Assembly: GCA_964016885.1 (NCBI GenBank)
Contig: CAXHJY010000523.1
Coordinates: 62,001-126,000, forward strand
DNA from: Eledone cirrhosa
Lineage: Eukaryota
Length of the DNA stretch: 64,000 bases
Direction: 5' to 3'
The notes under the pieces were generated by a model. It was given only the letters and a program-made list of their open reading frames with translations. It ran no database searches and was not told the DNA's origin. Below are positions 57,301-64,000 of this stretch, piece after piece (positions within the stretch are counted from its first letter, which is position 1; every line of letters starts with the position of its first letter). A program made the position numbers and the translations under genes.

Positions 57301-60300
57301 GGCTGAATATCCACAATGACACTAGTTGACAGTAAGACACACACAGGCTGAATATCCACAATGACACTAGTTGACAGCAAGGCACACACACACACACAGG
57401 CTGAATATCCACAGTGACAATAGTTGACAGTAACACACACACACACAGGCTGAATAACCACAGTGACACTAGTTGACTGTATCACACACACACACACACA
57501 CAGGCTGAATATCCACAGTGACACTAGTTGACAGTAAGACACACCCAGGCTGAATATCCACAGTGACACTAGTTGACAGTAACACACACACACACAGGCT
57601 GAATATCCACAGTGACACTAGTTGACAGTAAGACACACACAGGCTGAATATCCACAATGACACTAGTTGACAGCAAGACACACACACACAGGCTGAATAT
57701 CCACAGTGACACTAGTTGACAGCAAGACACACACACACAGGCTGAATATCCACAGTGACACTAGTTGACAGTAAGACACACACACACAGGCTGAATATCC
57801 ACAGTGACACTAGTTGACAGTAACACACACACACACAGGCTGAATATTCACAGTGACACTAGTTGACAGTAAGACACACACAGGCTGAATATCCACAATG
57901 ACACTAGTTGACAGCAAGACACACACACACAGGCTGAATATCCACAATGACACTAGTTGACAGCAAGACACACACATACAGGCTGAATATCCACAGTGAC
58001 ACTAGTTGACAGCAAGACACACACACACAGGCTGAATATCCACAGTGACACTAGTTGACAGTAACACACACACACACAGGCTGAATATCCACAGTGACAC
58101 TAGTTGACAGTAAGACACACACAGGCTGAATATCCACAATGACACTAGTTGACAGCAAGACACACACACACAGGCTGAATATCCACAATGACACTAGTTG
58201 ACAGCAAGACACACACACACAGGCTGAATATCCACAGTGACACTAGTTGACAGTAAGACACACACAGGCTGAATATCCACAATGACACTAGTTGACAGCA
58301 AGACACACACACACAGGCTGAATATCCACAGTGACACTAGTTGACAGTAACACACACACACACACAGGCTGAATATCCACAGTGACACTAGTTGACAGTA
58401 AGACACACACAGATTGAATATCCACAGTGACACTAGTTGACAGTAAGACACACACACACAGGCTGAATATCCACAGTGACACTAGTTCAGAGTAAGACAC
58501 ACACACACACAGGCTGAATATCCACAGTGACACTAGTTGACAGTAAGACACACACACACAGGCTGAATATCCACAGTGACACCAGTTGACAGTAAGACAC
58601 ACACACACAGGCTGAATATCAACAGTGACACTAGTTGACAGTAAGACACACACACACAGGCTGAATAACCACAGTGACACTAGTTGACAGTAAGACACAC
58701 GCACACAGGCTGAATATCCACAGTGACACTAGCTGACCATAAGACACACACACACAGGCTGAATATACACAGTGACACTAGTTGACAGTAAGACACACCC
58801 AGGCTGAATATCCACAGTGACACTAGTTGACAGTAAGACACACACAGGCTGAATATCCACAGTGACACTAGTTGACAGTAAGACACACACAGGCTGAATA
58901 TCCACAGTGACACTAGTTGACAGTAAGACACACACAGGCTGAATATCCACAGTGACACTAGCTGACAGTAAGACACACACAGGCTGAATATCCACAGTGA
59001 CACTAGTTGACAGTAAGACACACACAGGCTGAATATCAACAGTGACACTAGCTGACAGTAAGACACACACAGGCTGAATATCCACAGTGACACTAGCTGA
59101 CAGTAAGACACACACAGGCTGAATATCCACAGTGACACTAGTTGACAGTAAGACACACACAGGCTGAATATCCACAGTGACACTAGCTGACAGTAAGACA
59201 CACACAGGCTGAATATCCACAGTGACACTAGCTGACAGTAAGACACACACAGGCTGAATATCCACAGTGACACTAGTTGACAGTAAGACACACACAGGCT
59301 GAATATCAACAGTGACACTAGCTGACAGTAAGACACACACAGGCTGAATATCCACAGTGACACTAGCTGACAGTAAGACACACACAGGCTGAATATCCAC
59401 AGTGACACTAGTTGACAGTAAGACACACACACACAGGCTGAATATCCACAGTGACACTAGTTGACAGTAAGACACGAACACACAGGCTGAATATCCACAG
59501 TGACACTAGTTGACAGTAAGACACACACACAGACTGAATATCCACAGTGACACTAGTTGACAGTAAGACACACACACACAGGCTGAATATCCACAGTGAC
59601 ACTAGTTGACAGTAAGACACACACACACACACAGGCTGAATATCCACAGTGACACTAGTTGACAGTAAGACACACACACACAGGCTGAATATCCCAAGTG
59701 ACACTAGTTGACAGCAAGACACACACACAGGCTGACTACCCACAGTGACACTAGTTGACAGTAAGACACGCGCACACAGGCTGAATATCCACAGTGACAC
59801 TAGTTGACAGTAAGACACACTCAGGCTGAATATCCACAGTGACACTAGCTGACAGTAAGACACACAGGCTGAATATCCACAGTGACACTAGCTGACCGTA
59901 AGACACACACACAGAGGCTGAATACCAACAGTGACACTAGTTGACAGTAAGACATACACACACAGGCTGAATATCCACAGTGACACGAGCTGACCGTAAG
60001 ACACACACAGGCTGAAAATCCACAGTGACACTAGTTGAGAGTAAGACACACACAGGCTGAATATCCACAGTGACACTAGTTGACAGTAAGACACACACAC
60101 ACAGGCTGAATATCCACAGTGACACTAGTTGACTGTAAGACACACACACACAGGCTGAATATCCACAGTGACACTAGTTGACAGTAAGACACACACACAC
60201 AGGCTGAATATCCACAGTGACACTAGTTGACTGTATCGCACAAATACAGGCTGAATATCCACAGTGACACTAGTTGACAGTAAGACACACACACAGAGAC

Positions 60301-63300
60301 TGAAAATCCACAGTGACACTAGTTGACAGTAAGACACACACACACAGGCTGAATATCCACAGTGAAACTAGTTGACAGTAAGACACACACACACGGGCAG
60401 AATATCCAGAGTGACACTAGTTGACAGTAAGACACACACACGCAGGCTGAATATCCACAGTGACACTAGTTGACAGTAAGACACACACACACAGGCTGAA
60501 TATCCACAGTGACACTAGTTGACAGTAAGACACACACACACACACAGGCTGAATATCCACATTGACACAAGTGGACAGTAACACACACACACACAGGCTG
60601 AATACCCACAGTGACACTAGTTGACAGTAAGACACACACACACATGCTGATTATCCACAGTGACGCTAGTTGACAGTAAGACACACACACACAGGCTGAA
60701 TATCCACAGTGACACTAGTTGACAGTAAGACACACACACACAGGCTGAATATCCACAGTGACACTAGTTGACAGTAAGACACACACACACAGGCTGAATA
60801 TCCACAGTGACACTAGTTGACAGTAAGACACACACACACAGGCTGAAAATCCACAGTGACACTAGTTGAGAGTAAGACACACACACACAGGCTGAATATC
60901 CACAGTGACACTAGTTGACAGTAAGACACGAACACACAGGCTGAATATCCACAGTGACACTAGTTGACAGTAAGACACACACACACAGACTGAATATCCA
61001 CAGTGACACTAGTTGACAGTAAGACACGAACACACAAGCTGAATATCCACAGTGACACTAGTTGACAGTAAGACACACACACACAGGCTGGAAATCCACA
61101 GTGACACTAGTTGAGAGTAAGACACACACACACAGGCTGAATATCCACAGTGACACTAGTTGACAGTAAGACACGAACACACAGGCTGAATATCCACAGT
61201 GACACTAGTTGACAGTAAGACACACACACACAGAGTGAATATCCACAGTGACACTAGTTGACAGTAAGACACACACACACAGGCTGAATATCCACAGTGA
61301 CACTAGTTGACAGTAAGACACACACACACACAGGCTGAATATCCACAGTGACACTAGTTGACAGTAAGACACACACACACAGGCTGAATATCCCAAGTGA
61401 CACTAGTTGACAGCAAGACACACACACAGGCTGACTACCCACAGTGACACTAGTTGACAGTAAGACACGCGCACACAGGCTGAATATCCACAGTGACACT
61501 AGTTGACAGTAAGACACACTCAGACTGAATATCCACAGTGACACTGGCTGACAGTAAGACACACAGGCTGAATATCCACAGTGACACTAGCTGACCGTAA
61601 GACACACACACAGAGGCTGAATACCAACAGTGACACTAGTTGACAGTAAGACATACACACACAGGCTGAATATCCACAGTGACACTAGTTGACAGTAAGA
61701 CAGACACACACACAGGCTGAATATCCACAGTGACACTAGTTGAGAGTAAGACACACACACACAGGCTGAATATCCACAGTGACACTAGTTGAGAGTAACA
61801 CACACACACACACACAGGCTGAATATCCACAGTGACACTAGTTGACAGTAAGACACACACACACACAGGCTGAATATCCACAGTGACACTAGTTGACTGT
61901 AAGACACACACAGGCTGAATATCAACAGTGACACTAGTTGACTGTAAGACACAGAGGCTGAATATCCACAGTGACACTAGTTGACAGTAACACACACACA
62001 CACACAAGCTGAATATCCACAGTGACACTAGTTGACAGTAAGACACGCGCACACAGGCTGAATATCCACAGTGACACTAGTTGACAGTAAGATACACACA
62101 GGCTGAATATCCACAGGACACGAGCTGACAGTAAGACACACAGGCTGAATATCCACAGTGACACTAGTTGTCAGTAAGACAGACACACACACAGGCTGAA
62201 TATCCACAGTAACACTAGTTGACAGTAAGACACACACACACAGGCTGAATATCCACAGTGACACTAGTTGACAGTAAGACAGACACACACACAGGCTGAA
62301 TATCCACAGTGACACTAGTTGACAGTAAGACACACACACACAGGCTGAATATCCAGTGACACTAGTTGACAGTAAGCCACACACACACAGGCTGAATATC
62401 AACAGTGACACTAGTTGACAGTAAGACACACACAGAGGCTGAATAACCACAGTGACACTAGTTGACTGTATCACACACATACGGGCTGAATATACACAGT
62501 GACACTAGTTGACAGTAAGACACACACACACTCAGGCTGAATATCCACACTGACACTAGTTGACATTAAGACACACACACACAGGCTGAATATCCAGTGA
62601 CACTAGTTGACAGTAAGCCACACACACACAGGCTGAATATCAACAGTGACACTAGTTGACAGTAAGACACACACAGAGGCTGAATAACCACAGTGACACT
62701 AGTTGACTGTATCACACACATACGGGCTGAATATACACAGTGACACTAGTTGACAGTAAGACACACACACACTCAGGCTGAATATCCACACTGACACTAG
62801 TTGACATTAAGACACACACACACAGGCTGAATATCGACAGTGACACTAGTTGACAGTAAGACACACTACCCACAGGTTGAATATCCAGAATGACACTACT
62901 TGACAGTAAGACGCACACACACAGGCTGAATATCCACAGTGACACTAGTTCAGAGTAAGACACACACAGGCTGAATATCCACAGTGACACTAGTTGACAG
63001 TAAGACACACACACAGGCTGAATAACCATAGTGACACTAGTTGACTGTATCACACACATACGGGCTGAATATCCACACTGACACCAGTTGACAGTAAGAC
63101 ACACACACACACAGGCTGAATATCCACACTGACACTAGTTGACATTAAGACACACACACACAGGCTGAATATCGACAGTGACACTAGTTGACAGTAACAC
63201 ACACACACACACGGCTGAATATCCACAGTGACACTACTTGACAGTAATACACACGCACACAGGCTGAATACCCACAGTGACACTAGTTGAGAGTAAGACA

Positions 63301-64000
63301 CACTACCCACAGGCTGAATATCCAGAATGACACTACTTGACAGTAAGACGCACACACACAGGCTGAATATCTACAGTGACACTAGTTGACAGTAAGATAC
63401 ACACACACAGACTGAATATCCACAGTGACACTAGTTGACAGTAAGACACACACACACACAGGCTGAATATCCACAATGACACTAGTTGACAGTAAGACAC
63501 ACACAGGCTGAATATCCACAATGACACTAGTTGACAGCAAGGCACACACACACACACAGGCTGAATATCCACAGTGACAATAGTTGACAGTAACACACAC
63601 ACACACAGGCTGAATAACCACAGTGACACTAGTTGACTGTATCACACACACACACACACACAGGCTGAATATCCACAGTGACACTAGTTGACAGTAAGAC
63701 ACACCCAGGCTGAATATCCACAGTGACACTAGTTGACAGTAACACACACACACACAGGCTGAATATCCACAGTGACACTAGTTGACAGTAAGACACACAC
63801 AGGCTGAATATCCACAATGACACTAGTTGACAGCAAGACACACACACACAGGCTGAATATCCACAGTGACACTAGTTGACAGCAAGACACACACACACAG
63901 GCTGAATATCCACAGTGACACTAGTTGACAGTAAGACACACACACACAGGCTGAATATCCACAGTGACACTAGTTGACAGTAACACACACACACACAGGC
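45362..64000. repeat. HOR domain D: three related units of ~6-8 kb starting at ~45362, 51401 and 59387 (third truncated by the window)
   Basis: ORF offsets 45861/51902 (6041), 51422/59408 and 51902/59888 (7986), 49673/56552 (6879) and 56552/62712 (6160). Markers GACACGAACAC, ATCCCAAGTG, GGCTGACTACCC and CACTACCCAC. Confidence 0.9.
58757..59386. repeat. Run of 14 consecutive 45-bp monomers
   Basis: GGCTG starts every 45 bp from 58757 to 59342. This in-frame run explains the two 250-aa minus-strand ORFs. Confidence 0.93.

Larger units (their letters stand above)
1..64000. repeat. Tandem satellite/minisatellite array: 36-bp core GGCTGAATATCCACAGTGACACTAGTTGACAGTAAG plus A(CA)n linker; monomers mostly 43-51 bp, about 1,300 copies, continuing past both window ends
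   Basis: The core recurs head-to-tail throughout, e.g. the 49-bp monomer at 37-85. I saw no inversion or non-repeat insert. The 49-bp consensus is A19 C13 G9 T8 (45% GC) with no CpG. Copy number is estimated as 64000/~48. Confidence 0.99.

Noticed and set aside
305-63847. Many minus-strand Cys/Val/Ser/Leu-rich ORFs (up to 250 aa) repeating SYCQLVSLWIFSLCV or LLSTSVTVDIQPVCV
   Set aside because: They are translations of the satellite. Two minus-strand frames of the core lack stops, most starts are GTG from the TG repeat, and frames switch with linker length. The longest ORFs coincide with 45- or 51-bp runs. There is no sign of frame conservation.
1-64000. CRISPR-like layout (36-bp direct repeat separated by variable sequence)
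   Set aside because: The intervening sequences are short (CA)n tracts of mostly 7-15 nt, not unique 25-45-nt spacers. The repeats carry many scattered variants, and there is no leader or cas gene.
1-64000. Telomeric repeat, tRNA/SINE array or 5S/snRNA tandem array
   Set aside because: I found no TTAGGG-type unit, Pol III A/B boxes, oligo-T terminator or extended foldable stems, and the unit is too short.
1-64000. Functional Ig/TCR locus or antigen-variation cassette array suggested by the heptamers
   Set aside because: No V, D or J coding segments or other unique cassettes lie between heptamers, there is no canonical nonamer, and all copies face the same way.

Overview
The whole 64-kb window is one uninterrupted, head-to-tail satellite/minisatellite array in a single orientation, most likely eukaryotic; I cannot assign the host or family from the sequence alone. 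Each monomer has a conserved 36-bp core (GGCTGAATATCCACAGTGACACTAGTTGACAGTAAG) followed by a variable A(CA)n linker. Units are mostly 43-51 bp (49 and 45 bp look commonest), about 1,300 copies by length estimate. I see no unique sequence, gene, RNA gene, transposon or CRISPR array, and every ORF in the track is a minus-strand translation of the repeat. The informative structure is the nested higher-order repeats (HORs) and block duplications (offsets of 135/270, 241, 917, 1250, 1749, 1787, 2217, ~4.2k, ~6.0k, 6899 and ~8.0k bp), which fall into several variant-defined domains. There are also linked-variant monomer subtypes and a perfect RAG/Transib-type heptamer (CACAGTG) in the consensus monomer, whose function is speculative. 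I found no evidence for a new gene system.
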